Shown one piece after another: positions 12,401 through 26,177 of a stretch of 64,000 nucleotides of DNA. Numbering within the stretch: position 1 is the first letter of the stretch; each line of letters opens with the position of its first letter. Below the pieces are notes generated by a model. That model saw only the letters and a list, made by a program, of their open reading frames with translations, was not told where the DNA came from and ran no database searches. A program made the translations under genes and the position numbers. The DNA comes from Anolis carolinensis (taxonomy: Eukaryota): contig NC_085842.1 in the NCBI RefSeq assembly GCF_035594765.1, forward strand, positions 235,053,747-235,117,746. Direction: 5' to 3'.

Positions 12401-15400
12401 TTGAGAGGAGAAAGCATGGATCACCATGAGAAAATCACCCATTTGGAATTTTGCCTCCCCATCAGACTCACACGATTTAAAATCTGGCAATACATTCATC
12501 TTACATTCATCACAAGGTCAGTATTTTTTAACCAGGAGATCCCTTGCCCTGCCCAAAGCCCCTTACATTAAAGGAGACTGACACCAGTTTAAAACCGGTT
12601 CTTTCCATGGAATCCTATGGTTCTGTCCAAGTCCCATAGGATACAAGAGACAGTGATGCAGGATAAAACCATTTCTTTTCATGGGATCCTATTATTCTTG
12701 AACCGCATAAGGTTCAAGAGACTGCTGAAAGGGGGCAATGAAACAGGATGGGAAACTTTTGATGGTTACCATCCTACCAGTTTTTTCATTGTAACGATGG
12801 GAGTAAAGTGCGATAAGAGATAGGAGCTCTGAACAGGATTGTTGGCCTGTATTCAGAATGCCCTCCTTTCAGGACATTTCTGCTTCTTTGCAACCCTGGA
12901 ACATGTGATGAGCTCTGTGCCTCACCATGCTAGAGAAGAGGCTGAAGTGTCCTAAGAGAAGGAAATTTCTCAATGTGATGAGGTCAGATAGCCAGAGCTT
13001 TCTCCTTTCAGGACACTTCTGCCTCTTTTCAACCAAGGAGGGCTATGCATGATGGTCAGAAGTAGTTTAACTCATGGGATGAACATAGTGCCTTTCCATG
13101 CTTGAAAAGAGGCTGAAGTGTCCTAAGGCTAGGAAATTTCTCAATGTGATAAAGTGGTAACAGCCGGAGACTATTCACGAAACATGAGCTCAACAATCCT
13201 TAGCATTTGTTCATAGTTTTCAAAGTAATCAAAATTAGCCAGTTCCAAGTTGATGGGTTTGTTTTTTAACTACTAAAACTTTTTAAAAGTAATAAGTTGG
13301 GTTCTAAACCTGACTTAAGTAGTTGCTGGGCCCTTCCACACAGCCATATAACCCAGAATATCAAGGTGGAAAATCACACAATATCTACTTTGAACTGGGT
13401 GATCTGAGTCCAATCTGCCATATATCCCAGTTCAAAGCAAATAATGTGGGATTTTATTCAGTTTGTTATAGTTGCATTTTAAAAGGAGCTCTTTCTTTTC
13501 TTATCATTCACAGCAAAGTAAAATTTTAGTGATTTTAAAAAAACACATCAGATTGCCACAAAGCTGACAGCATGTTCTACAAAATACAGTAATAGTCATA
13601 TCACAAAAGGAGTAAAATTATTGAACAACTTAATTATGGCTTTATTATTGCAAAAAAAAAAAATAATTACACATACCCCATTATTGAAAAAAAATATCTG
13701 TGATTCTGGGTAATACAACCCAAGGTCAAACATTAGAAGGAGTAGAACAAGAAGTCAAAATTTCCACAATTCCAGTATATCTTCTCAATCCCATGACTTT
13801 AATATGATATTTTCGTATGCCAAAATTTCTGCTAAAGGTCATAGAAGGCTATGGGACTGTATTTAATATCTACATCTTGTCTGCTGAGAAAACACATTCT
13901 CTCCAAGCTTATTAAAACCAGGAATCTGCCATGTTTGTCCTGAGCTGTGGTCTTTCTTGGGAAATTTCACCTACCTTGCCCATTAATATATCTGACCTAA
14001 ACTGAATAAATGTATTGAAAATAACATATTTTCAGAGTCATCTAGAGATTCGAATACATTTATATTTGATATCGGCTGGTTCTTGCTCCACAAGCTGTTT
14101 CACTTTGATGGCACACTTGTCATTTCCCCGGGGGCAAGTGACTAATGTGAAATATTTCCTACGGAAACTGAACATGCCCCATTTTGTCAGGTTATACTAC
14201 AATTTAAATTATATTTTATATTTGTAGTATTTCTGTCGCCCTTAAGTATTTACTAGCACTTCCTTTATTATTTGCTGGCCTTCACATTGCTCTTTAGCAA
14301 CACACCTCTTCCATGCCTTCCAAAATATGATGGATGAAACAAGGGAAATATGGATTCTGCACTATCCCATCTTCCCCCGCTTTCTAATGCTGGGTCTACA
14401 CTGCCCTACATCCCAGGATCCGATCTCAGATTATCTGGCAGTGTAGACTCATATAATCCAGTCCAAAGCAGATAATCTAAGATCAGATCTTGAGATATAG
14501 GACAGTGTAGATCCAGTCTAGTACTCATTGTTAAAAACTCCTCAGGGCCATTTAATCCAGATTATCAAAGCAGATAATCCACATTATATGCTTTGAACTG
14601 GATTATATGAGGCCCCTTCCACACAGCTGAATAAAATCCCACATCACCTGCTTGAAGTTGAATATATGGTAGTGTGGACTCAGATAACGCAGTTCAAAGC
14701 AGATATTATGGGATTTTCTGCCTTGATATTCTGAGTTATATGGCTGTGTGGAAGGGCCATGAGTCTACAATGCTAGATAATCCAGTTCAAAGCAGATACT
14801 CTGAATTTTATATGGCAGTGAAGAAGGCTCCTTATTTTCCAACACCCTGTAATTCATTAACATTGCCATTCTGCATACACTTGACTACTACTATGCCATA
14901 CAATGGCTCTTACTTTTGAGTAGAGCTTGTAAAATTTCAGAGGAAAAAATATTACTGCAGCCACTTTTACTCAAGCAAGATGAGGGTCTGAGGCCCCTTC
15001 TACACTGCCCTATATTCCAGGGTCTGATCCTAGATTATTCGAATATCCCAGATTATCTGGCAGTGGAGACTCAGGCTCCTTCTATACTATCTGTATATCA
15101 TGTCTTCTATGCCTCTTGCTGTTACTAGAATAGCTTCCACACAGCCAGCTCTGTCAGTTTGGGCAGTAAATATTTCACATCTATTGAGTGACTGCTGTGA
15201 CAGGCAAAACTAATACAGACAGGAAGTTACAACCAAAGGGTGAGGTGATGGAGAGCTACCTTTCCTGCAAAAGGAAGCTGTAGGAATATTGATAACAACA
15301 ATACGCAGGTTGCTATTTTCTCTGTGATAAAATGCCAGGACATTTCTTCTCTATTCAGAACACAGAGGCTCCTAGGAAGTTGATGAAAGCTTCACAAGAG

Positions 15401-15713
15401 ATGAATTTGCAAAATTAAATGACAACATTTTAAACAATAATGTGCTATTCACATGACAGGAAGGTTAATAAATAGGTTCATGTTTATGTGATCATCTATC
15501 ACAGCACAAAGTGTCAAGCACACTGTTAACACTACTCCCTTCATTTAATCACTTACCAATTTCAGAATTTTATTATAGTCCAGAAATAGAATCCAAAAAT
15601 TAGGTTATTTGATCTGGCGCCTTTTGTAACAAACTGCCCTTCCACACAGTCATATAACCCAGAATATCAAGGCAGATAATCCCCAATATCTGCTTTGAAC
15701 TGGATTATCTGAA

Positions 15714-16757
15714 GGCACTTCCAGACACCACTGAATTGCGGATTTTAGTCAGGGCAAAAAAATCCGGGCCTTCAGAAGAGGTCCACATACAGAACTATTG
15801 ATCCCAGGATTTCTGTCTCCATCGTCCAGACTTGATGCTTTGTTGCGGGATTTAGAGGCTCCCAAGATGACCACCACAGGATGTCCAACAGAAACTTTGG
15901 CATTTGTTTAACTCAAGATGCAGATATGAGGATATGCGAATCACCTTGCTGCCTGACCTTCTGTCCAGACAGATTTGATTGTGTACTTGTGGCATCGAAC
16001 AACAGATTGCTGTTCCTGGGTTATACATAGCTGTTCCTGATTGCTTTTATTGTGAAAAGATGTACAACATTGACTAGGGGAGCACAACTTTGTCCTGGCC
16101 AGAGAAACTGTGCCCTTCATACGTTTAATGAGGTTTCTGCTACACAAACAAACCTAATGGGGTAGGACCAATTCTGTCCAAGTCAGCACTACACAGTCAA
16201 ACAGGAACACACACTTTCAAGCCAGGAACAGAACGTTGTCATTATTGACACTTTTTAGAGGCTGCCTAGCCATCTGTCCATATGGGTTTTGTCATGTACT
16301 TATGGCATGGAACAGCAGGGTGATTTTCCTGGATTTAAAGTACCTGTTCCTGTTTCATTGTGTACTATTGTGGAAGTACTTGTTCCACCCCAGAAACTTC
16401 ATTTTTCTGCCACAAACTTCATTAAACAAGTGAAGGACAAAGTTCCTCTTCCCAGGACAAAGTTTTCGCCTTCTATTCAAGTGTCACCTTCTTTTTAGGA
16501 ACCAACCAATCAGGAACGAACATCTAAAACCTGGGAACAAATCTAGATAAAAAATCCCATGATTTCCAATTGCGGGAACATACAGACATGCGGAGATCCG
16601 CATTTTCTGCTCACAACCGGAATATTCCCGCACCTGAACATCTCACATTTTTTGCTGTTTGTAGCGCTTCCTCCTGCGTTTTGAGGGAACAGCATCTGGC
16701 CACCCTCCTGATTACTGCGGAAACTCCTGGGATAAAGTTACTGTCTGAGCGGGCCCT
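15714..16757. mobile_element. ~1-kb non-autonomous TIR element nested inside the 15657-16817 MITE; related ends at ~1628 and ~21715
   Basis: Ends GGCACTTCCAGACA / TGTCTGAGCGGGCC split the host MITE at GGATTATCTGA|GTCCACACTGCC. Confidence 0.55.
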
Positions 16758-16830
16758 GAGTCCACACTGCCATATAATCAGGTTCAATGTGGATTTTATA
16801 CAGCTGTGTGGAAAGGTAACATTTAACCTA

Positions 16831-16861
<31 letters not shown>

Positions 16862-16988
16862 CAAAATCCAAAACTAGTAATGATGGCTAAAAGTTTTCTC
16901 TGCTGTGAAAAGAACTGGCCATTTTAGCAAAATCAGAAGGTCTCTGCTAACTCTCCATCCAGTCCCATACTTAGTCTGCCTACTATAA

Positions 16989-17313
16989 AAGGTAAAGGTT
17001 TCCCCTGACATTAAGTCCAGTCATGTCTGACTCTGGGGGTTGGTGCTCATCTCCATTTCTAAGCCGAAGAGCCAGCGTTGTCCGTAGACACCTCCAAGGT
17101 CATGTGACCGGCATGATTGCATGGAGCGCCGTTACCTTCCCACCGGAGCGGTACCTATTGATCTACTCACATTGGCATGTTTTCGAACTGCTAGCTTGGC
17201 AGAAGCTGGAGCAACAGCGGGTGCTCACTCCGCTCCCGGGATTTGAACCTGGGACCTTTCGGTCTGCAAGTTCAGCAGCTCAATGCTTTAACACACTTTG
17301 CCACCGGGGCTCC
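16989..17313 (-). mobile_element. Sauria SINE, full length
   Basis: tRNA-like head, Sauria body, (ACCTTT)n tail, TSD-like CTGCCTACT. Confidence 0.92.
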
Positions 17314-19975
17314 TCCTGCCTACTGTATAAATCTAGAAATTTTCATCAGAAAATCAACCCTCCAAAACTGGGTCAACTTATCCACAGGTCAATGTACAAA
17401 CTGCACCTTAACTCTTATGTTTAAAGGAACTATCTCCTTCTCTGAATAGAGTGGTGAAAGGCAAGAGCACAGTCCATCTCAGGAGAACCTAAAAGAAGCA
17501 CCGATCCCCCTTTACTCTCCACCGTGACACCACTTCTGGCCTTTTTGAATGTCTGGATGGGAAAATGGCATTGGCAGCTCTTTGACACATTCCCCCAAAG
17601 GAATGCTGCGAGAGTAGAAATTTGTAGTCTCCCCTATTTCTTAGAAGTCATCACAAGGACAGATTAATGTTATTTCTAACAAACTGTCACTCCGATAATT
17701 ATAGGGTTTTTAAAAAATCAGATACTAGACCATTATTTACTGTGTTTGCCGTATAGTGTGCGTATCTTTAAAACGTTCAAAGCATTTGCAGGTCTCTAAA
17801 ATGACATAAGACATGGAATCAGGTGCCATCAGGTTCCCAAGATAATAACATTTTTAAAAGACAGAGCTCCACTAGATAACACATTGTTTGATACTACGAA
17901 TAGTCCAGTGGATATCCCAGACACCCGCATTCTGCAGCCGCAGATAAATGGCATAGAATAGTGTCAAATATCTGATAACAGAGTTCTTAAAACAGGATTG
18001 ATGCTACGTCTCCCTTTCTCCATCTTATCACGGTGGACATGCAACCGGACAGTCTCTCTGCACTGCTCACTTCTCAGGCATACAGCATAAATCCATACAG
18101 TACAAATCCACTTTTATATAAAACCTCCCTGAATAAGGCATGGCGCTTGTAATGGAAAATTAATTGGATTTCTTTATGACCGGCAACAATCCCATGGAAA
18201 ATTATGTAAGTATAGCATGATTCAATCTTGGTGTGCGCTTGAATCATGCTTTTAAAAAAATGTAGAAAAGAATGTGCTATCTCAAAGAGAGAGAGAGCGA
18301 GCCAGAAATGAAAATAGCAATTTCTAACCACGTGGCCCAACATCATTTGTAACGGCACAGACAATGTGCATGTGTCATTGTCCCAACCCAGTGTAACATA
18401 AATGCACAAATTATAAGCCATTCACTGTGAATTCCAAAGCCCTTTCAAGGCCTCTGGGCTTGACATTGTGAGGACATAATGCTCTCTTTTCATGTCTCCC
18501 CATGTTCTGAGCCAAAGTGTATGCTTCGTGCATTAAAGAAAAGGGGGAAAAGATTGCTTCATCTCATTATCAGATCTACCTTTCCAAATAATGACAAGCT
18601 TGAGTATTCTTGTGTACAAGTTTGTGGCTTTGTTAACACACATGGTTTCGCAATAAAGAGGAAGACAAATACATCAAAGACATTCTGTGAGTGCCTCATA
18701 GGGGACCAGATTATTTAGGGAGGGGGGAGAGAAAAGAGGAGAGAGAGAGGGAGAAGGCCTCTTGTTTTTTTAATAGTAGCATAGAAAAAAAATCTCAACC
18801 ACTAAGGTTTTCCTTCACCCCAAATGACCAGCTGCATCTGCCAATAGTTCCTCAGCAGTTACTTAATAATACGTTTCATCATCTTCCCTGCCCCATTTCA
18901 TGCCAAATTGGTCAAGGCATTGAACATGCAATCTATGTATAGTTCTCTGGAAAAACAGTGCATCTGTCATGAGATGAAATATGAATATATGGTTTGAATG
19001 AACTGTATGGTAGGAATAAATGAATGAGAGCTAATAATTTGGAGACACAATTCTAAAATTAAGGCCTGCAATGACTAACTGCCTGCTTGCTGAACTGTAA
19101 TTAAAAGTTGCTAGTGAGAACTGAAATGGTTGACCTGCCTAGTTAAGTGTGATAACTGTGACAGTGATAAGAGAAATGTTTACATCTGTTTACATCTGTC
19201 AACATTGCTGACTTGATGAACTTTTGAGGCAGAGACAATGACTCTTTTAAATTAAGGATGTTAAGAAGGAGGTCAACACAAGGGCAACACTAATCAAGAG
19301 AAGTCAACAACATCTGGCCAGAATACTCCAGGATGGAAGACATCTATCATTAATTTACAACTTTGGGACAACATCTGCAAAATATTGCTATATAAGTGAC
19401 CTTATGACAATTCAGAAACAGAGACACTGTTCACCTGCTATGCTCTGCTCCATGGGAAGGGGAAAGAAAGTGTACTTTTGGAGAGTGTCAGATCTGCTAT
19501 GGGAAAGCAGGATTTTGTACACTTGCTCCTTTTCTCGAGGGAAGAGGAAGGACTGCATTTTGGAATCATGATACGTATTGCAGTGTGATAGTTCTTCTGT
19601 AGGGAAAGCAGGATTCTGATCCTTGGCATTGTTCTTAGGGAAAAAAGGATGCATTTTAGAGTTTTGAAGTTTTGGCGTTTTGGCATTTTGGAACTATGTG
19701 TTGACAGGCTGCAGAGGAAGCAGGGCCTGGCCTAAGCAAGTGCTTCTCCAAGGAGGGAGGAAAGTATATGGTAATATTTCGATGCATGAGCATGAATGCA
19801 TGTAGATGTGTGTGAATGCTGAGTGAAAATATAACCCCTCCTTTTGTCTGTTTGCTAGCCAATGTAATGTAGTTGCATAGACTCTGTATGTCTGTATGTC
19901 TAAGTGTTGTTCTGTAAAAGTTCTGCTGAACCCTCTCACACTGAAATTGCAATATAAAGAATCTATGCTTTAAAA

Positions 19976-20297
19976 GCCCCTGGTGGCACAGTGTGTTAAA
20001 GCGCTGAGCTGCTGAACTTGCGGATCAAAAGGTCCCAGGTTCAAATCCCGGGAGTGGAATGAGCGCCCACTGTTAGCCCCAGCTCCTGCCAACCTAGCAG
20101 TTCAAAAACATGTAAATGTGAGTAGATCAATAGGTACCGCTCTGGCAGGAAGGTAATGGCCCTACATGTAGTCATGCCGGCCACATGACCTTGGAGATGT
20201 CTACGGACAATGCCGGCTTAGAAAGGGAGATGAGCACCAACCCCCAGAGTCGGTCATGACTGGACTTAACGTCAGGGGAAAACCTTTACTTTTACCT
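19976..20297 (+). mobile_element. Sauria SINE
   Basis: A/B boxes TGGCACAGTGTG / GTTCAAATCC, ACCTTT tail, TSD TATGCTTTAAAA. Confidence 0.92.
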
Positions 20298-21444
20298 ATG
20301 CTTTAAAAGATATTGGAAAGTTATTCATAGCGCATTCATACTGTAGAATTAATGCAGTTTGACCCCACATTAACTGCCATGGCTCAATAGTATGGAATCC
20401 TAGGAGTTTGGCCTAAAATACTAAAGATCTTTAGTCCTTTTGGCAGAAACGATTAAAGAACTTGTTAAGATTATAACTCCCAGGATTCCATAACATTGAG
20501 CTTTTAAATGAATTTAAGTAGTATCAAACCCCATTCATACTACAGTGTGTAAACAAAAATCCTAAATAGCTTCTGTCATAGAAAAGAAATGCAGGATTCT
20601 GGAGTCCAGGATATTTACTGGACCAATATATCTACCATATTAATTAGTTCTACTTGGCTGTGATCCTTCACACAATGAAAGTTGGATGAGAAGGTAGTGG
20701 AGGCATGCTTAACAGTCCCAATTACTCTGACATGTCTTTGTCACAGATTTCAATGCATTTACTAAAGGAAGGAAGTCTGAATTGAGGCGTTTAGTCACTG
20801 TGTGCAGACTGACCACAGGACCGAAGATTTTTATGACCCAGGATTCTGAATCATACAGAGAGATTTGGTCACAAACAGGGCTCCCCATCTCACCAGGGTG
20901 AACCAAGTTGTCACGTTAGGTTTCTCTCCATTTCTCATTTTTCCCAAGCTTAAGTATGGATCTATTTCAGAGGAAGGAACTGGAAAAATTATATCAGAAT
21001 ATTCCTCTCCTAAGAAAACCCTACCAAATTCATGTCAATTGGTGGCTTAAAGACTCATTCATGTGCGTCTACCAACAATATTGGTAGGATATTGATCTTT
21101 TGAGCTCCTGCTGACACTTTGATTCTCCCTCCCTCCCTCCCTCTTCAGAGAAATGACAAAAAAGATCTTCTCTACATGAGAAAGTGCAACCACTGGAGGG
21201 CCAAACCCTTCAAAAAACATTACTGTTTGCTTAGCTACATTTGGAGCCAAGATAATGATTTGATTTTTTAATAGCTCTGATTGACTGAGAGCAATGAAAA
21301 AGATGCATCTACAAATAATTAGAACTGTAAAGGAGATTGCAAAAGGAACAAATGAAATGAGGGAATTGAGGAGTAGGATGGGAGTAATTATTGTAAAGGA
21401 CTGAAATTTCACTTGTCTAGGGCCTAAACATCCTAAAGGTAACA

Positions 21445-21660
21445 GACCCTGTCTGCTGTTGGGAGCTAAGCAGGCTGAGCCTCAGTTAGTAATAGGATGG
21501 GATACCACTAATGGATAATAGGTGATGTACACTATGTTTCAAAAGAAGGAACTTGCAAAAGTATTTTTTTTTGTCTAAGAAAACCCTATGACACTCATGA
21601 GGTCATTGTAAGTCAACAAGCAACTTCAAGGTATGCCCATGCACACACACACACACACTG
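21445..21660 (+). mobile_element. 5S rRNA-derived SINE, diverged copy
   Basis: GGGAGCTAAGCAGG...TTAGTAATAGGATGGGATACC (5S-like) plus CTAAGAAAACCCTATG body shared with 5880-6072. Confidence 0.6.
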
Positions 21661-24562
21661 ATCCATTTAAATGAGAAAAAATGAACATTAAAATACTGTA
21701 AAAGAGCCTCTAAGGGCGCTTCAAGACAGCATCAAAATTCAGATGAAATAAATGGGTTTAAAAATTGGGGAACTGGATAGCAAGTCCAGACACAGACCTG
21801 TCAGTCCTGGGAAATAGTCCCCCTCCATCCTGACACCTTCCTTTGTAGAGGATTTTACAAATTGGAAAGATGGACAGGGGGCATCTGGCGGAAGGTGTGT
21901 TTTTAAAAATTCTCTCTGAGATGCTCTGGATCGTATATGCGATTATGTGAATATCTCAATGTACACACAAGCAGACTTCTTATTCTCACTCCTCACCCAA
22001 CTGTAGATTCAAGCTCTGTTTAATATCATAAAGATCTGAACAAAAGAATGGTTGCAGAGAGTTCAAATCATAATTGCTTTACATTTGTACTTTCTTTTAG
22101 CCACCTGTGTGTCCGTGATTCCATTTTTTTGACAGCCCTGATCAGCTGTTTCGGGCTTTTAAAATGTGCACATGCACTGGAGCAGTCCACACCAAGATAT
22201 ATGAAGGAAGTCACATGCTTTCCATGACTGCAGGGTTTTGAAAGTCAGCAAGACGAAGGGGAAAGTATCCGAGTGGCGAGGAAGGTGAGGGGGGAAGGGT
22301 TTGGGGTGAGGGAATCTGGAGACTTTTTGGTGACTTCCTGTTTTGAATTGCTTTGGTTATTTTTAGTGGTTTTATGATCAGTTAGAATAAAATAGAATAA
22401 CTTTATTATCATTGTAAATTGTACAACAAAATTAAATGCTTTCCCCAGCACACATCACAAAAACAACACACCCATCCTGCTACACTCCAACCACCACTGC
22501 ACATCCCCCAATGCCATATCAATACAAAACTATTGAGTTCAATATAGTTACAGCTCTAGAATAATTTTGGTGTAATTTTTCAACTAAAAAAATGTTCAAG
22601 AAATGAGGAAAATGCAAGAATGCCAAAACAACAATGGAGATCTCATGCAGTCCATGATACAGACACTTCCCAGACCACAAATAATGTGATGGGACACATC
22701 TTAGCTTGCCTGTGTTAGACTGACAATGTTCTCCTATAATTTGTTCGGTCAAGAGATAAACTCTCACCATCATGGTGTTTCCATGACATAGTTATGTTAG
22801 TAAGCCGAAAGTTTCTATGATCACAAAATAAGAACCTTTAAAAAAACCCAAAAAAACAATTGGGGTGATTACATCATATGCCACTTTTCCAAGCCAGGGT
22901 CCCTTATTATCTGTGAATATAACAGGGATCCTCAGGGAAGCTGCAGAGAAAACTTTTTCCCAGTGACTGGGTTTTGTTTTTGTTTTTGCAGTGATATGTT
23001 CTTGAAGAAACAATGGAGACTCAAATGACCTGCTGTCACTGGAGATGAAAACAGCCAAATCTTTTTTATTCGCAGGGATCAATATAGCAACTTGCATTTT
23101 GGAACTTTATTTTGGGGGCATGGCTATGGGGACTATCAGAATAAACACCTGCAGTTCAACATTAATAAGTTTCCTAACTCCTTGACTTCAAATTTCTACA
23201 TTTTATCATACATGTATTGAATTGGCCAAATACACTAGGGTTGAATTTGAGTGTATGCTAGCTTTCTTCTGTTGGCGTGGGCAAAAGAGTGGCCCCCACA
23301 CTTCATTATGCAGGAATGAGATCTCTGCAACAGAGGACTTCAGACCTACTTACAATTCACCAGTATGTCCATTGGACTGGCTTTAGGAGACCTCAGAAGT
23401 TAAGAATACCGCAGAGGAGGTATCAGAATAAAACATCAAACACATTGGTTCACAATAAGATGAGAATCAGCTCTTGTTCCAAAAAAGACAAACTTCCAAT
23501 TTACAGCAGACGCCTTGAGGGAGAACTCTGTCTGTCTACCCCTTCACCTTGGGATGGATAATATCTGTATCGGAGCCCCATTTCCCTTTCTAATTCTATT
23601 CCCACTTCTGTCTCTCTGACTTTGCAAACTGCTACCTGTGCTGCCTTGGGCCAAGGCATTGTTTACCTTTCCAATCCCTTTCCCCAGTCTGATTACACTT
23701 CTTCCATGTCTCCCTGACTCTTTGTGCCCTCCTATTCCCTTATTCAATGTCCTTTTGCCTTTTTGTATCACTCACACACATTGCTCTGTCTTGTCTGGTC
23801 CTTCTCCCACCTCCTGCCTCTTCTATAGCATTAACCGGACCGTTGCCAGGTTTGTGCTAATGCTGCTCATGTTTTTATTATATCTTTTCCCCATGCTACC
23901 AGCCCACTCTGCTCAGTTTCCTATAGGGAATTTGGACTCTTAATCTCTGCACATTGTCTTCTTACTCCTTTCCCCCACTTCTATGGCTTAAGTCCTGATC
24001 TGGTGCACTGTGACTTTGAGCTAAAGATCTCCACGCATATTTGAGAGTAAAGGTGGAATGCCACATACATATAGATGAGGGGATGTGGTAGCATTTGGGA
24101 GGTATATAGAATATAATCTTCTCACACATACATTTATGCACCAGTAGAGCATTTAGAACATTTTTGAAACAAAAGAATTCTCTTAGTGCACGATTCCAAC
24201 TGCATTTGGGGGTTCAGTATCAAATAAACAGAGAACATAGGAGTGATGGAATGGCATATTCTCCAAAAGAATAAATAAAGAGAGCAATGCATCCCTGCTC
24301 TCATAGGCAAATCTTAGGACTTTATCACACCATCCTGCAATCTCATCGCAATCACGTTGTTTAAGCAAATGGAAACATACTGTTGTTGGAACAATCTCTT
24401 TCACACCTTGGCACAATTACACAATCCTGGCACTTCATTGATTGAATTCCTGTTATTAGTCTTTCACACAGCTTCACTTCTTTACCCATATTTCCCCTAC
24501 TCCAGGCATTTGCTCTGTTGTTTTCCCCTATTTTTCTATTTTCCTCTTGCTTTGTTGCAACT

Positions 24563-24740
24563 GGGCACCCCTGATAGTGCAGCAGGTTAAGGCGGTTCGA
24601 ATCCAGGGAGCAGGGTGAGCTCCTGATGTTAGCCACAGCTTCTGCTAACTTAGCAGTTCGAAAACATGCAAATGTGAGTAGATCAATAGGTACCACTCTG
24701 GCAGGAAGGTAACGGTGCCTGAATGACCTCCATGTGGACT
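24563..24740 (+). mobile_element. Internally deleted Sauria SINE
   Basis: TAGCAGTTCGAAAACATGCAAATGTGAGTAGATCAATAGGTACC core. Confidence 0.85.
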
Positions 24741-25861
24741 TCATCTTTTCTTTCCACTTAATGGCTCAGCCCTACCAGGCATATGCCTCCTTTTCTGAAT
24801 AAATGCTCATGGACAGAGGACACTTATTCAAAGTCATTTATTATATAGCATTGATAACTGTGTTGACTCTGTATCGTCCTTTGCTGAGTACAGATTGTAT
24901 GGCCAGTGTGTGACACAAGCAGTCTTTAGGTACAGAAACTGAAAGGCTTGTGCCACTTTTATTTCTATGACAAGAAGACTTTGTGAGAGTAAATAGATGA
25001 GGGAGTCTTCAAGAAGACGTATGGGGGCAGCAGGGAATTGAGGTCCATTACCAATGCCTTCTCCAAGGTCCAGAATGTTTTGTGGGACTTCATTGTGTAG
25101 TACCATGCTTGACAGATTTTATTGTCTTATATTATTTTTTTAGGACAGCTCTGGAGTGACAAGCAATTCTCTGATGTCCCTGGAATAAATGTATGACTCA
25201 CCAGCTTTTCTCACAAATACAATTATTTTATATCTTGGAGCCACGATCCCTGGAAAATATCAGCATCTTGACAGTTTCTTCCACTCAAATGGTAACAATA
25301 CATTAGCTTCTTCTACTCATCTAATCAGCAATTAGGCCTATTCCTACCAGAACACAAGATCTCTTAATTTCATTTTGTTGAAGTAATTGTATATGATTAT
25401 GTCCGTCCCTAAATTCATATTATCCTGTGATGTATCTAACCCTACAGTTTCACAATTATAAATTACAAAAGAGCACATAGAACTATTTTTCTGTCATTTA
25501 CTGTATTTGCATTTTACTGAGACCTATTTATTTAGATTTTTTTTTATTAATAAGTTTTAAAAGCACATCAAAAAGGTGCCTCTGAGTCAGTGAGTAAAGG
25601 GTTGTCTAACTAGATTTTAGATGATAGATTGTTGTGCATGTGCCTTCACGTTCTCTATCAACTTATGGCAACCACATAAATTGCATAGGGTTTTCTTAAG
25701 CAAAAAATACCCAAAGATGATGTTGGCAGTTCTTGCCTGTGACATATTGGCTAAAACAAATGTTTCATTCATGCCCAAATCCAAATCCTTTCAGACTGAT
25801 CCAATTTACTTTGGTTCTAATTTGGCCTCATCTCTTTGCTCTAGGAACATCCATCTAAGAA

Positions 25862-26177
25862 TCTTATCATAAAGGCCATGGATTCAGCCCGCATTCATGG
25901 ACTCCTGGAAGGGGGCGTGGAGAAGCCGCCACTCCACACCCCACATTGCCCCCCTTACCATGCCCTCCTCCCATGGGGGGAAGTATCACCACTAGGCTTC
26001 CTTCAATTGCAGGGAAGACAACACTGGAAGGCTCCCGTGTTGCCTCAGCAGTGGCGGATACTGCTTTTTGTCCCTTTACGGCATGACTGAAAGTGCCTGT
26101 ACGTTGTTTGAAGGGCTCCATGCCGAAACAGGAAGGGAAGCAGTGTACAATGGGCAAATTGGCCCATCCGATGAGGT
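25862..26177. mobile_element. GC-rich MITE family with GACCTCATCA-type termini; other copies ~39402-39743, 43923-44253, 60842-61115
   Basis: Mutual similarity, e.g. GTACAATGGGCAAATTGGCCCATCCGATGAGG vs the reverse complement of 60842-60875; inverted termini GACCTCATCA...TGTGATGAGGTC in the 60.8-kb copy. Confidence 0.6.

Noticed and set aside
20737-20890. Open 50-codon frame after a weak acceptor (FNAFTKGRKSELRR...)
   Set aside because: No homology recognised, poor splice signals, and a length expected by chance.
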